From Stylophora pistillata (lineage: Eukaryota), in assembly GCF_002571385.2 (NCBI RefSeq), contig NW_019218067.1, forward strand, positions 304,707 to 368,706: DNA of 64,000 bases, read 5' to 3'. The notes beneath the pieces are model-generated. The model ran no database searches. It was not told the origin of the DNA and saw nothing but the letters and a program-made list of their open reading frames with translations. Shown piece after piece: positions 1 through 25,825 of this stretch (position 1 is the first letter of the stretch; each line of letters opens with the position of its first letter). A program made the position numbers and the translations under genes.

Positions 1-118
1 AGAGACCTACTGAGAACGAGAGGGGGAGATAGAGACCGAGAGAGACCGAGAGAGAACGAGTGAGACCGACAGAGAACGAGTGAGACCGACAGAGAACGAG
101 TGAGACCGAGAGAGACTT
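1..118. repeat. GA-rich 10/20-bp tandem repeat (GAGACCGAGA / GAGAACGAGT)
   Basis: Repeated units visible directly; intronic in the NBEAL-like gene. Confidence 0.9.
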
Positions 119-213
119 GAAATACAAAGACCCCTCCCCCTCCCTCCCCTGCCCTTAAAGGAGGACAGACGTGCATTTTAGCTTCAGCGCTTAGATTAAA
201 TATTTTAAACTAC

Positions 214-12581
<12,368 letters not shown>

Positions 12582-13111
12582 CTTTGTTTTGGTTCTTGCG
12601 CAAACTCGCTCCAGGATTCATCCTCGGAGACCCAGGGGCTGTGAGTCGATTTCAAGTTAAGGGCAGAGGAGCCCCCTGGGGACATTGTCTTACAAGACTA
12701 GTTCCAAACGGTCGCAGTCGTTCTGGCATCTGATTGGTGCCAGAAAATCTTTGTGTTTTTCTGCCCAATCAGAGTGAAGTGTCCTTTGGAGTCCTTTCGT
12801 GTGTTTTAACACGCACATATACAACAAGCTCTGTTGCTCGCTATGTTTGTTTGGGCCGTGCGACGAAGCTTTGCCCGAGGTGAAAAGTTTCAGTCTCAGC
12901 ACACAATGTAAGAGAAATCGATCAGATTGTCCGCGAAATCTTACCGGAAAATTATACTGAATACTTTCGCAGGTATCGCAAGAGAACGTGTTTAAAAGTT
13001 TGCGGGGTTCGTGTAAAACATAATGGTTGCAGGCATTGATATGGCGCTTTAAACGTTAGATGAGATGTAAGCCCAAATCTTTCAAGATTTTTTGTACAAT
13101 TTGTTGTGACT

Positions 13112-15912
13112 GATATCGGGTTTTGCCCAGTAGTGGCAGATTTTAGGTTTTTTCTAGTAGTGGCTGATTTGGGGTTTTGTCTAATAGTGGTCGATTTGGG
13201 GTCATTTGTGAAGGAGTGGCCGGTTTAAGGTTTTGTCCACTAGTGGCCAATTTGGGGTTTTGTCCACTAGTGGCCGATTTGGGGCTTTGTCCACTAGTGG
13301 TCGATTCAAGGTTTTGTCCACTACTGGCCGATTTGGGGTTTTGTCCACTAGTGGCCGATTTAGGGTTCTGTCCACTTGTGGCCGATTTGGGGTTTTGTCC
13401 ACAAGTGGCCGATTTGGGGTGTTGTCCACTATTGGTCGATTTTAATTTTTGTCGACTAGTGGCTGATTTCGGGTTTTGTCCATTAGTGGCCGATTTGGGG
13501 TGTTATTATGGGAGGCAGCGTGGTCGAGTGGTCAGCGTGTCGGACTCGCAATCCGTCGTTCCGGGGTTCAAGTCCCACTCTGACCACTCCCTGGATTTGT
13601 GTCACGGTAGCTCCGAGTTCAAATCCTCGGCCATGCTTGTAAATAGCCAACTGGTTTGCCTCCGGCCAGTTGGGATTCTTAACGAAATTATTTTCAATTT
13701 GAATTATTTGTTTACAGCCCACAATGTAAACTACTGGGCTACCAGTAATTGTGTTAGCTACTAAAGTTAATCCACTAGGGTTTTGTCCACTAGTGGCGGA
13801 TTTGGGGTTTTGTCCACTAGTGGTGGATTTAAGGTTTTGTCCACAAGTGGCCGATGTGGAGTTTTGTCCACTAGTGGCCGAATGAAGGAGTGGCCGATTT
13901 AAGGTGTTGTCCACTAGTGGCCGATTTAGGGTGTTGTCCACTAGTGGCCGATTAATTTAAGGTTTAGTCCATTAGTGGCCAATTTGGGGTTTTGTCCACT
14001 AGTGGCCGATATGGGATTTTGTCCACCATTAGTGGACTAACTACCATTAGTGGCAAAAATGCAAAAACGGCCACTAGTGGGTAAATTGCTTAAATGCCCA
14101 GTTGTCGTTTTTTCCACTATTGGCCGATTTAAGGTTTTGTCCACTAGTGGCTGATTTGGGGTTTTGTGAAGTAGTGGCCGATTTGGGGTTTTGTCCGCTA
14201 GTGGCCGACTCAAGGTTTTGTCCACTGGTGGTGGATTTGGGGTTTTGCCAGTAGTTGCTGATTTGGGGTTTTGTCCACTAGTGGTGGATTTAAGGTTTTG
14301 TCCATTAGTGGCCGATATGGGATTTTGTCCACTAATGGCTGATTTAAGGTTTTGTCCACCAGTGGCCAATTTAAGGTTTTGTCCACTAGCGGCGATTTGG
14401 AGTTTTCTCCACTAGTGGCCGATTAAGGGTTCTGTCCACTTGTGGCCGATTTGGGGCTTTCTCCACACGTGGTCGATTTCGGGTTTTGTCCATTAGTGGT
14501 CGATTTGGGGTTTTGTGGACTAGTGGCCGATTAAAGGTTTTTCCCATTAATGGCCAATTTGGGGTTTTCTCCACTAGTGGCCGATTTGGGGTTTTGTCCA
14601 CTAGTGGTCGATTTAAGGTTTTGTCCAGGAGTGGCTGATTTGGGTTTTGTCCGCAAGTGGCCGATTTGGTGTTTTCTCCAGTAGTGGTCGATTTCACGTT
14701 TTGTCCACAAGTGGCCGATTTGGGTTTTTGTTCCATAGTGGCAACTTTAAGGTTTGGTCCACTAGGGCCCTACTTAAGGTTTTGTCCACTAGTGGCCGAT
14801 TTAAGGTTTTGTCCACTAGTAGCCGATTTTTGGTTTTGTCCAGTAGTGGCCGATTTGATGTTTTGTCCACTAGTGACCGACTTAAAGTTTTGTCCACTTG
14901 AGGCCGATTTGGGGTTTTTTCCACTAGTGGCTGATTTGAGGTTTTGTCCACTAGTGGCCAATTTGGGGTTTTCTCCAGTAGTGGTCGATTTAACGTTTTG
15001 TCCACAAGTGGCGGATTTGGGGTTTTGTCCACTAGTGACCGATTTAGGGTTTTGTCCAGTAGCGGCCGATTCGGGGTTTTGTCCACAAGTGGCCGATTTG
15101 GGGTTTTGTCCAGGATTGGCCGATTTGGGGTTTTGTCCTCTACTGTGGCTGAACGAAGGTTTTGTCCACTAGTGGCCGATTTGGGGTTTAGTCCACTAGT
15201 GGCCGACTTGGGGTTTTGTCTAGTGATGGCTGATTTGGAGTTTTGTCCACTAGTGGCCGATTTGGGGTTTTGTCCAGGATTGGCCGATTTGGGGTTTTGT
15301 CCACTAGTGACCGATTTAGGGTTTTGTCCAGTAGCGGCCGATTCGGGGTTTTGTCCACAAGTGGCCGATTTGGGGTTTTGTCCAGGATTGGCCGATTTGG
15401 GGTTTTGTCCTCTACTGTGGCTGAACGAAGGTTTTGTCCACTAGTGGCCGATTTGGGGTTTAGTCCACTAGTGGCCGACTTGGGGTTTTGTCTAGTGGTG
15501 GCTGATTTGGAGTTTTGTCCACTAGTGGCCGATTTTGGGTTATAGCCACTTGTGGCTGATCTGTGATTTTGTGCAGTAGTTGCTTGAAGTTGTGGTTTTC
15601 GCCACGTGTGGCGTATTTGGGGTTTTGGCCAGTTGTGGCCTATTTGGGGTTGTTGCCACTTGGGGCCGATGAGTGATTTTTTTCCACTAGTTGGGGATTT
15701 GCAATTTTTTCCTTTAGTGGCCGATTTGGTGTTTTGGCCACTTGTGGCCGATCTGTTATTTTCTCCATTGGTGGCCGATCTGTGATTATGCCCACTAGTG
15801 GGCGATCTGCGATTTTTGCCACTAGAGGCCGATTTGGGGTTTTTGCCACTTGTAACCGACTTGGGGTTTGGGCCACTTGTGACCGATATCTGATTTTGTC
15901 CACTAGTGTCCA
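13112..15912. repeat. 27-bp tandem satellite, consensus ttttgtCCACTAGTGGccgatttgggg (~90 units)
   Basis: Direct inspection; palindromic core CCACTAGTGG; explains the 9-aa periodic ORFs on both strands. Confidence 0.97.
13510..13770 (+). mobile_element. tRNA-derived SINE inserted in the satellite
   Basis: A box TGGTCGAGTGG, B box GGTTCAAGTCC, second B-box-like GAGTTCAAATCC; satellite units on both sides. Confidence 0.85.
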
Positions 15913-16818
15913 ATTTTCAAATTTGGCCAGAAGTCAGTTTTGGTCTCGCAGAAGTATTACTAGAGACGTGATCTGGAAATCTTGTACGCTTTCAGGATTC
16001 TTTTTTCTTGTTTAAAATGAGCATTTTACTGTTTGAGTCAGGGACTTATGGCAACGTACATTTGCGGAGCGAGGAAACCCTTCAGTTATTAAACAGAATG
16101 ATGGAAGGGAGGGACGGTGGATCGGTGGAATGGGGGAATATGTTAAGACGCGGATAGTCGGAATATTCTGAAGCAAAAGTGTCAAAAGTAACAGGTGAAA
16201 CTAGAGGAAGCATATGTTATCACTGTTGGAGCCCAGAGGATGGGGGAACCATGAGGCTTTCGAGCTAGTACCTGGTTTTAATAGCTAATTGACTTGTTAG
16301 ATGAAATGAATTTCTCTCTGAGGGCTGCGGTGATATCACGTCTCCACAAATTTCAATACTAACATCATTACTTTGGATTATAAGGATAAGAAAAACATTG
16401 CACTGCACTGAATGATCAGTTTTGTGTTGGAAAGCGAAACCCGACAAATTTGTTATTGAAATCTTACAGAGGGTTTTTGAAATTATTTTCCAGCTGTTCT
16501 GCTTATTCAAGTTGTGTATCATTTCAAAGGAGCACAAGAAATAATACGAATGTTTCAACAGCTGAAAGAGTGAGAAAAACAAAAGAATGACTATTTAGAA
16601 TGCCATGATCAATAGAAAGTTTCACAAAAGAAAACTTCAGTCATCCGAAATTATGGTGAGCATTGTTGACATAACCAAACAGTTTCATTTTACACGCGCG
16701 CTGTGATAAGTTAAGTCGACTGGCGCTAGCGCACGATTGGCCGTGGGTGCTCCAAAGGTCATCTTAATTTTTGCAAGAGGTGTGTAACGCAATCGTCAGT
16801 GTTCACTTTACTTACACA

Positions 16819-19800
16819 ATGACGTGTACGGTTCCCCTTCAAACTGTAGCAGTTCTCTGCCTTATCTCCTCGACAAATGGATTTTGGGTTTGGAACAGAC
16901 CAACGGAACGTCCCTCAAATGAGATAACAACACCAGTCATAATCGGTAAATAAGAATTGTTAATATTGTACAATTAATTTATCGCTTTCTCGCGGCATTT
17001 AGCATTTATTAAACGATCATGAATCCAACGTTAAACAGAAAATCTGCAATCTCCTTTCCTAGCTTCACAAAAGAGATCGTTTCGTCGGATTTTGCTTCAC
17101 AACTAGTCCTTTGCTAGGCCTTTTCAAACCTGATTTATTTACATACAGCCCACAATTAAATGTATATGCCAATATATTACGTAACTTCCATGAATAAAGC
17201 TTTGTTTCGGTTTCGCATGGGGATTAGCATAATGAACAACGAAAAATGCTGATCTTTGTATTAACAAGAGTCTAAATTAAGAATAAGCAAACACTCAGTT
17301 TTCCTTGACAGTCGACGGAATAAGCAGGTCTAAGCACGCAACTGAAAGTAAGTCGAAACGTGACCCAAGGGGTGGTAAGTTCATGTCTACGTCAGGACAT
17401 AACTGAGGTAGTTTTTTTTGCGACGAGTAAAATTACCTTTGACATCAAGGAAACAACAATGGCCTTAAAGTTATAAAAAAAGAGAAAAAAAGACATCAAA
17501 TAACGGTTCCTTTGGTGGAAAATCGCTCGTTAAAAATCAAGGTAAGCACTACGAAACCGGCCTCGTCTAGAGCGGAAGGCAGATACCTCTGGGGTCCTAT
17601 GGGGATCTCACCGGTATTCCCGCCGTGTCAATATTTAATCGCTCACCGTGACCACCTTGCGTTCAATCAAACCGCACCCACAAAGGTAAGGTTAGTGATA
17701 ATTTAAAGCATAATTCCTTTTTTCTTCTCTCGTCAGTGCCTGGAACCGGTGGAAGCCAACTGCAAGCCAAGCTTAATAAACCTAGCACTCTTCATTGGTA
17801 TTGTTCCAAAACAACCGATGACTACTTCACTTTATGGCTCAAGAAGACTTCGCTATTACCTTATGCCATAGACTGTTGGGTGGATAATATGAGGTGATGA
17901 AAACCTTAAAATGTAGCTCATAATCGCTTTGATTAGTATTCCTTAGATCACTTTGTCATCAAGGAGGGAAATTGTTTCGCTTTTGGAGGACTGGTTATCC
18001 TTAAGAGGCAACTTGAGCATCTTAGGTTTGTTTATTCGGTGATCTCTTTTGCTTAGCCCTATTTCCGTTCGATTATTTCCTGTGGTCACTCATCATGTCT
18101 ATTAAAGATTATGTGCCCATATCTTAGGAAGAATCTCGTTTAAATGGAATAAATGAATATAGCTTTGCCATCAAATTATTCAAATAGCTTTGCCATCAAA
18201 TTATTCAAATGTACGCACAAATATCTTAACGGTTTGCTGCCTCCATTCAATGGTCACATGGATAATAAGTTTTGGCAAGAGCTTACCAATGAGCTCCTAA
18301 TATAACTAGTATAAGTAATTTGTATAATATTCTTCTTCAATTAGTGATCTCGTCGTTGTTGTTGCGGATTTTTTTTTTCTGTTAACAATTATTAGACTTG
18401 TGTACGATGAAAGCACCAAGACCATGAAGAACGCACCGGGCGTGGAAACAAGAGTTCCCGGATTTGGTGACACCAGTACAATCGAATACTTGGACACTAG
18501 CGGACTGATAAAGTATTTTGCACCAATGGTAGAGACCCTGGTCTCTTGGGGATACCAGCGTGGAGAGACTGTCAGAGCAGCTCCGTATGACTTCCGTTAT
18601 GGGCCTGGTAAGTTTCACGTGATCACTTGCTTGTTTAAAACTCATTATCGTCTTCAAATCCGATCGGCGCTCCAAGCCAGAAGGACCCTGAGAGCAGAAA
18701 TCAAAAGGAACCCTCTACTAAATAAGACATTTTCATTTTTCCTCTAGAATCCCAGTCAGAATATTTTTCAAAACTGAAGACATTGATCGAGGATACCTAC
18801 TCAGCAAATGGCAACAAGAAGATAACTTTAATGAGTCATAGCTTAGGATGTCCTTACAGTTTGGTTTTCCTGAACAAACAAACGAAAGACTGGAAAGACA
18901 AATATATTCTACAATGGATAACTCTGTCTGGTAAGAAAAAAAAATGGCGATTTAAGCTCAGAGGGCGCGTTCAGAGACATTTTTAATTGCATGTTTACAC
19001 CGAATATTTGTAGTGATTTTTTCTTTACTTATTCTCGAAGATTTCGTGTCGCGTTTTGGGTAATCAGCTGCAGAACTAAAGCCAAGAGATCTCTCAAGTT
19101 CAGTCCTATGCTGAGGAATTGAGTTTGTTTATTCTATGCCACAGTTGCCCATGTCGTGTTTCGTCAGACATGCTCACGCAGTAGTGTGCAAAACATCATT
19201 ACAAAAGATGTTTTCTTCTTTTTCCCATCAGGAGTGTGGGGCGGGACTGTAGAGCAAGTTAGCCTGTTTTCTTCTGGAAACACGTTAGGGATCCCGAAAA
19301 TCCTCGTAAACCCGCTGAAAGTCAGGGGCGAACAGCGCACTGACACAAGCAAAGTTTATCTACTCCCGAGCCGAGAATTATGGTCAGCGGATGAAGTCTT
19401 GGCAAGAACACCAGAGCGTACGTACACTGTTCACGACTACGACGATTTCTTCCGAGATATTGGCTTCCCGCTCGGAATAAAAATACGAAAGTTGGTCGAA
19501 AACATGACCTATCCGTTAACAGAGCATTCTCCCCAAGTAACCGTACACTGTATGCATGGAGCTGGCGTAAATACGGCAGAAGGCTACCAGTTCAAAGAAG
19601 GAGAGTTCCCGGATACTCCGCCAGCCGTTACCTATGGTGACGGAGATGGAACAGTGAACATACGCAGTTTAGAGGCCTGCAGTAAGTGGAGCCAGCGGCA
19701 GCCGAAAAATGTTACCCTGAAAACATATCCAGGAGTGAATCATAACGGACTGTTGAGCGACGAGAACGTGCAGAATTATATTAAGTCTCTTTTGTTTTGA
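16819..19800 (+). CDS. PLA2G15: Group XV (lysosomal) phospholipase A2 / LCAT-family acyltransferase; exons 16819-16945, 17737-17893, 18396-18607, 18748-18930, 19232-19800
   Basis: Signal peptide; PVIIVPGTGGSQL, CWVDNMRL, AAPYDFR, nucleophile SHSLG, GDGDGTVNIRSL, VNHNGLL; GT-AG junctions in frame. Confidence 0.9.
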
Positions 19801-21449
19801 TTGCAAACTGTGAATTTCAAACCGATCCAATCACGTTTTGTACAACTTGAAATTAAGCAGTTTGTCTGTTATTTTCCATTTTGATCGTCAAAGTTGTTGT
19901 TTTTTTCTTTCTTTTCTTTCTTTTTGTCACTTATTTTCCTTTTGTGTTTTCAAGAAAATCTTGGTGCGATGTTTTCCCACAATGACCATTAACCAATGAC
20001 TTTCTTTAAAACTTTAACTTATGTGTGTAACCAAGATACCCCTGCTGAATTAAACATTAGACTTATGACAATGAAGGAAATGATCGCGAACTTGAAAAGC
20101 TCTAAATTTTTCACAAAATTTCTCCTGTCATTGCCATAGAAAATGTATAGATAACAGTCTAGAGAATATACACTCTGATGTTAAGGTGTAAAGGTTTGGG
20201 AATGCTAATTATTTGGTTTATATTTTTTTAAGAACCATGGACTAACATCTATTCATAACTGAGATGGATTTGAAACGTCTTCATCAGTTGGTAGTCTCTG
20301 ACAAAGGCTGTTAGTTATGTTTTGTTAGTTATGGCAATTTTACGTCTCAAAACAATTGTTACAGAACGATTATTATGTAAGAAAGCAAAGCTGCCGAAAA
20401 GATTTGCTGCTCTCAATAAGCAGTTTCGTCTCTGAAAGCAAAACTTGGCACGCTTTGTCATCGAAACAAAGCAAAAGCTGTTCAAAATTGTCTTTTACCA
20501 GTCTTGTTCATTGTGCGGCATTTCAAAGGAACACGAAAAATAATACAAATGCTTCAACAGCTGATTATGAGAAATTCCAAATTAATGTTTTTTATATCCA
20601 AATAAAGTTTTTGTCTCCTATCTGATCTTTTGGCTAATTTTAAGTTGAATATTCAATTTCAAGCAAGACATTAAGTTAATTTGGAAAAGAAGGAAGTACT
20701 GACAGGTTTTAAAAAAGTAAAGGAGGACAGTCATAATTTCTAAAAATTGATTGTGCCACGTATTATCACAGAGCCTTACAAGATTGTCAGGATTATCTAG
20801 TGACCTTAATAACAGTAGAAGGTTCTTCATGCAAAAGTCACGCGTATTGATGGAAATGACTGGGTCTTCAGTGACCAGTGTAATACATGGCATGTTTTTC
20901 GAGTTCGTTCTGAACAGTTCGTCGGGAACGGTTCGTGTTCGGCCCCGGACACGCAGTGGGAGGATGTCCGGCACCCCCGGTGAGACTGGACTTATGATGG
21001 GACCCCCCTACTAAGGACATTTTTGTTGCGTTAGTATTATGGGATATAGGAACATGTGCTTTTCGCTTGAAGTTAGCAGTCTTTTCGTTGGATTAAAGGG
21101 GTGATTTAAACCGTTGTCGAAAGTTGAAGTTATTTAGTAGTCTGAATAAAACAGTGCGTGTTGAACACATGAACACTAATTGAGTTGCTCGTTGAGTACT
21201 AATTTTCACTCCTAAAACCGAACTGTACTCTTAGACGGAAGGAGCCTTGGCACTACGGCATTCACGGAAAACAGCTTTAGTGTTATAGTATGTAGTTTTA
21301 ATTTTAAATATCTTAGCGTATGTGATATGTATTTTTATAGGCTGATGAATTGATCGTGTCTAAATAAAGATTACAACTACAACAACTACAACAACTAGAA
21401 ATCGAAGGAATCACTTAGATGAATACAAAATTTTCAATTTTTCCTCTAG

Positions 21450-22205
21450 AATCACAGTCGGAATATTTTACAAAGCTTAAGACATTGAATGAAGAAACGT
21501 ATTCCGCAAATGGCAACAAGAAGATAACTTAGATGAGTCACGATTTTGGATGTCCTGAGCAAGCAAACTCAAGACTGGAAGATAAACCAATCACGAAAGC
21601 TTCTCTTTCCCGTTCAGTTCTGCGTTTCAGGAATTGGTTTGCTCATTCTAACCCACAGTTGCTCACATGTGTGATTCACCAGCACGCTCATACAAATGTG
21701 CGCGAAACACCACTTTATTTGCGAATAATGTTTGGTTTCTTTTTCTTATCAGGAACATGGGGCGGGACTGCGGCCGAACTTGGCCTGTTTACTTCTGGTA
21801 TGCCGATAGCCTCTAAGAACCCGCTGAAGCTCAGAAAGGTGGTACGCACGCAACCAAGCGCGGCATATATGCTACCAAGCCCCGAATTATGGTCAGGGGA
21901 TGAAGTTTTGGTGGAAACACCTAACCGTTCGTACTAAGACTATTTTTCCGGAGATATTGGTCGAAAACACTACACATCCGTTAACGGAGCATTCTCCAGA
22001 TGTGATCGTACACTGCTTGTATGGAACTGGGGTTCCTACAGTAGAGGGGCACCATGTAAAGAAAGGAGAATTCTAGGATAGGTAAACAGTCAGCTGTGAC
22101 CTATGATGACGGGGGATAGAATGGTGAACAAACGCAGTCTAGAAGTCTGCAATAAGTGGCGCCAGCAGCAAGCAAATAAAGTCACCCAGAAGTCATTTGC
22201 TAGAG
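21450..22205 (+). pseudogene. PLA2G15-like 3' fragment (exons 4-5)
   Basis: Homologous to 18748-19800; TAG just before MSHDFG (catalytic Ser lost); deletions, frameshifts and stops. Confidence 0.9.
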
Positions 22206-23191
22206 TGGATTTTTTCGTTATACTGATTACAATGTTTTGATTATGATATGTGAATACATTAAATGAAAGGATTATTGGCTAACGAAAAAGTAAACGAGAC
22301 TAGGAAAGTAGGAAATAGTAATTGTCCAATTTAGTAAGCTAAAGCTTTCCGAAACAGAAATGTTTAATTACATTTTGTAAAAACTGATGTTTTTTCCTCA
22401 CAGAAGAGCGAGATCACGGAAGCAATAAAAATGTCAATTATTTACATATTTGTTTTCAAAGCGAACAATGACGAAGAGCATTCGTACCATGATTCAAAAG
22501 GACTTCAAACCAATGTTTATCTTTTAAGGAGAGAAATGAAAGATTCAGTCAATATTTTTGCCAGTTATATGCTAACATGCACACACACACTCAAAAAAAA
22601 GATTTTGGAATTCTCGATCGCTCTAGTTGCGAATGAGTTAAAAATGGCCTTTGGTCTCTTCTTAGTAGTAAGTTTAGGTAAATTTGTGTTGTTCATTCTG
22701 TTTACAAATCACAGTAAAATGGTTCACAACTTCAGTTTTCAAGTCGATCTCAGGCCAAGCACGGTACTCCAATAAAAACTTGAAACAGAAAGAAATCTTT
22801 CATGCACTTCTCTGTTACTGTACGATATTTAAATCTCATCCCTGTAAATTTTTTCTGGAACGCCCAGCTGGCTCAAGGAAATAAAGCTAATTTTATGCAA
22901 TCAGATCGAAAAAATGATTATTTTTCAGCTGAACTTTTATAACCTGCATTGATTAACTCCGTCAAGGAGAAAAGTGTGATGTTTATTTATAAACATTTCC
23001 TTAGCTGTCTTCTCATCTTGTTTGAAAACAATAGAATTCATACACATCCCAAGCGTTTGCTATTGGCGCAGAGGGCTGGACCTAGCATATGATTGGCTAG
23101 AAAATTGCCAATATCTTTCTTCATTGGCTAAGAACCGTCACTATTCGAGTCACAGTTTTGAGCAAGTTTGAAGACTCAAAGATCCCTCGAA

Positions 23192-25050
23192 ATGTTGCCT
23201 AATAAATTGATTTTTTGCGTAATAATTTTGAGTGTAACGCTATCCCTTGGCGAAGGATGGCGGAAAATTCCGACATACAAACCATCTGAACAACTGCCGA
23301 GGGCTGATGAAAAGATAATGACACCAGTGATAATTGGTAATAGCTGCTGAAAATATTAATTCTCTATGTATGATTTTACATATTTTCTGTGCTTTTAGTT
23401 ACAATATGTTGTCTTGCTAAATAGTAACCCATTTCCATATCGTTGGGGTAAAATTCCCTGATAGGGGATGATATATGGGATCGAAGAAACTTGATTCATT
23501 TTCTTTACAAAACAGTTCTTTCCTCGTTAGTTCTAGAATTTTGGTGTTGCCTTCAACTTACCTAATTTTGAGGATTTCTTAACATATTTTCCTTTTTCCT
23601 TCTTATCCAATTGCTGGGCGTTATACTAATAATTTGATGAGAAAATAACTTTCGATCATTCAGCATCTATCGCAAATTATTGTGATATCACGCTCACACA
23701 ATTCCAGCTGAGCGTTAAGAGTAGGTCGGTAAATGAGCCTAAATCTTTCACTTTAACTGTTCCCTTAGCGACCTCGCATCCAGAAACGGGTCTCAGGAGG
23801 CTTCTCGGGGCTGGGACACCTAGCCTCCTCCCTTAGACTTATGGGTTTAGTTACTTTACTTCTCCGAAACAAAAATCTTCGTACGACAGGATCGCATATA
23901 TAACAGCTCAACATGAAGAATTTAAAATTCACTTGTCTTGAGTTATTTCTCAGCTTATTTAGGCTCGAGTGTAAAAGAGAAAAAGAAAATTAAAATATGC
24001 GTTTCCAGAATCAAAGTTTGAACCTCCCTTGATACACCCCTGATATCTAAGAGCTTTATTATTATTCACTAAAGTACCAGGACAGGATCTGGAGGCAGTC
24101 AAAGTGAACCCAAACTGAACAAATCCAGTGTTCCAAGTTGGTTTTGTTCTAAGAATACTTCAGATTACTTCACGCTATGGTTTCAAAAGTCATTCTTTTC
24201 CCTTACGCCATTCATTGCTGGGCTGACAATATGAGGTTAGTGAAGACTCTCTCCCAAGGAATAAATATTTCCTAGAGATTATCTTATTTCAATCTATCAA
24301 TACCCATCTCCAACAACCCCCCTCCCCTTATAGAAGCCCTGGGAACTAGAAAACCTCGAAGCTTATTAGAGCGTTTATGGAATTGTGACACTGTGCAGAC
24401 CCCAGCATCAGGTTCCGTTGTTTCCCCGTTTTCAAAGATTGATGTGGATTCTCAATAATCCTACATATTGGAAGGACCATTGTCGTGCGTTATCGATCAA
24501 TAGTGCCTTATCTTGTAGGTACTCTTGTAGGCACAGACTCACGAATAGAGACCCAATAGAGTTCGGAGAGCCAAACGGATGATAGGTGTTTACAATGTAG
24601 CAAAGATCAAAGTCGCTGCTAAAATCCTTTCCAAAGAGTTACTTTTCCCGATCATTTTTCAACGGATTTAATTTCAAGACTTGTTTATGATGAAAAGACA
24701 AACACCGTTAGAAATGCGCTGGGCGTGGTAACGAGAGTTCCCAGATTTGGTGACACTTCAACCGTAAACACTTGGATACCACAAACTTGATTTCATACTT
24801 TAAACCAATGGTGGACGCGTTGGTCTCGTGGGGATACAAGCGTGAGTTTAGCGTCAGAGCCGCACCGTGTGACTTCCGCTATGGGCCTGGTGAGTAGCAC
24901 CTAGATTGCACATGTCCAAAACGTGATCTTCTCATAGAAGAACAGGAATACACATGCTCAAAGAGCTTCAGAAAGGAAAGGGGGAACTGACGGCAGCTTG
25001 GCTCTGATTATTATTTTTAAATCTCTTTCAGAATCAGCGTCGGAATATTT
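23192..25050 (+). pseudogene. PLA2G15-like 5' fragment (exons 1-3 and start of exon 4)
   Basis: Exon 1 MLPNKLIF...TPVII at 23192-23336; exon 2 (~24075-24235) has a 5-bp cagga duplication and a 1-bp deletion; exon 3 (~24679-24889) has a 1-bp deletion; exon 4 is cut after ~20 nt. Confidence 0.88.
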
Positions 25051-25168
25051 TTTTTTTATTCTATTTCATTAGCTTCGCCGACAGGTAGGGACACCGCAAC
25101 AGCTTGCGCCAATTACAGCAGGCCCAGTAAACCCACCCATCCCACCCAGGGGAGGACATCCATCACAC
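25048..25168 (-). mobile_element. 5'-truncated SINE of the 2161/36156 family
   Basis: Shares cccacccatcc..cccaggggaggacatcca.cacac with 2241-2280; A-rich tail abuts the truncated PLA2 exon. Confidence 0.7.
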
Positions 25169-25825
25169 TCAAAGGGTACGACTCAGTGGACCACGAAGGA
25201 GTACTGGGCGACACAAACGCACTGAATTATATTAAGGGTGTTTTGTTCTAATATCCAAATAATTCTGTTATCTCTAATGGTGCAGCTATCAATAAACAAA
25301 ACGATTTCAAACGTTTCCTTAAATTGTCAGCCTTTGTCTAAAATGTTGATTCCTTCTTTCTGCATCTGAGAGCCCCTAAACAAGAAAAGTAACCTGCCGT
25401 ATTTGGGCGGAGCTTCCCTCAAAGCCCATTCCTCGCCCCTCACCCTCCCCCTCCCTTGTCCAATCCCTCCACGAGTGATATGAGGACGAAGCTTGTACCA
25501 GAAAACATCAGCCATGGGCCGGTTTTCTCTATTCAGTCTATTCAGCGACATTGATCCTATTGCAAAATAAACTACAAGCAGGATACAGGATTGTCATTGC
25601 GTGACGATTGCGTTATTTCGTGACAAATCCGGATAAGGCGTAAGTGATGGTGGCCAGTTGACGTGCACGAAGAGTACAAATATCTGATCAAAACTGATCA
25701 ATGAGTTCTTGTAACGTGGAGACGCGCGTGAGGAATTCTCTGAACGAGCACTGAAAATCGTAGCAACCAAAGAGACCATAGATCTTTATTCTTAAAATAC
25801 AAAGAGGTGAACCAATCGAAAGTTG

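Noticed and set aside
13510-13585. Functional tRNA genes (also ~2445-2526, ~30225-30282, ~36160-36230)
   Set aside because: A/B boxes are present but I could not build a proper cloverleaf; most continue into SINE bodies and ~30225 looks like a decayed repeat head
13112-15912. CRISPR array
   Set aside because: Units are contiguous with no unique spacers, there are no cas genes, and the context is eukaryotic
13112-15912. CTCF site array
   Set aside because: CCACTAGTGGC is one base short of the CCACYAGRKGGC core, and CTCF is considered bilaterian-specific
13177-16015. Repeat-protein ORFs (FCPLVADLG, KTPNRPLVD, SATSGQNPK)
   Set aside because: By-product of a 27-bp unit being a multiple of three; open in several frames on both strands and frequently frameshifted
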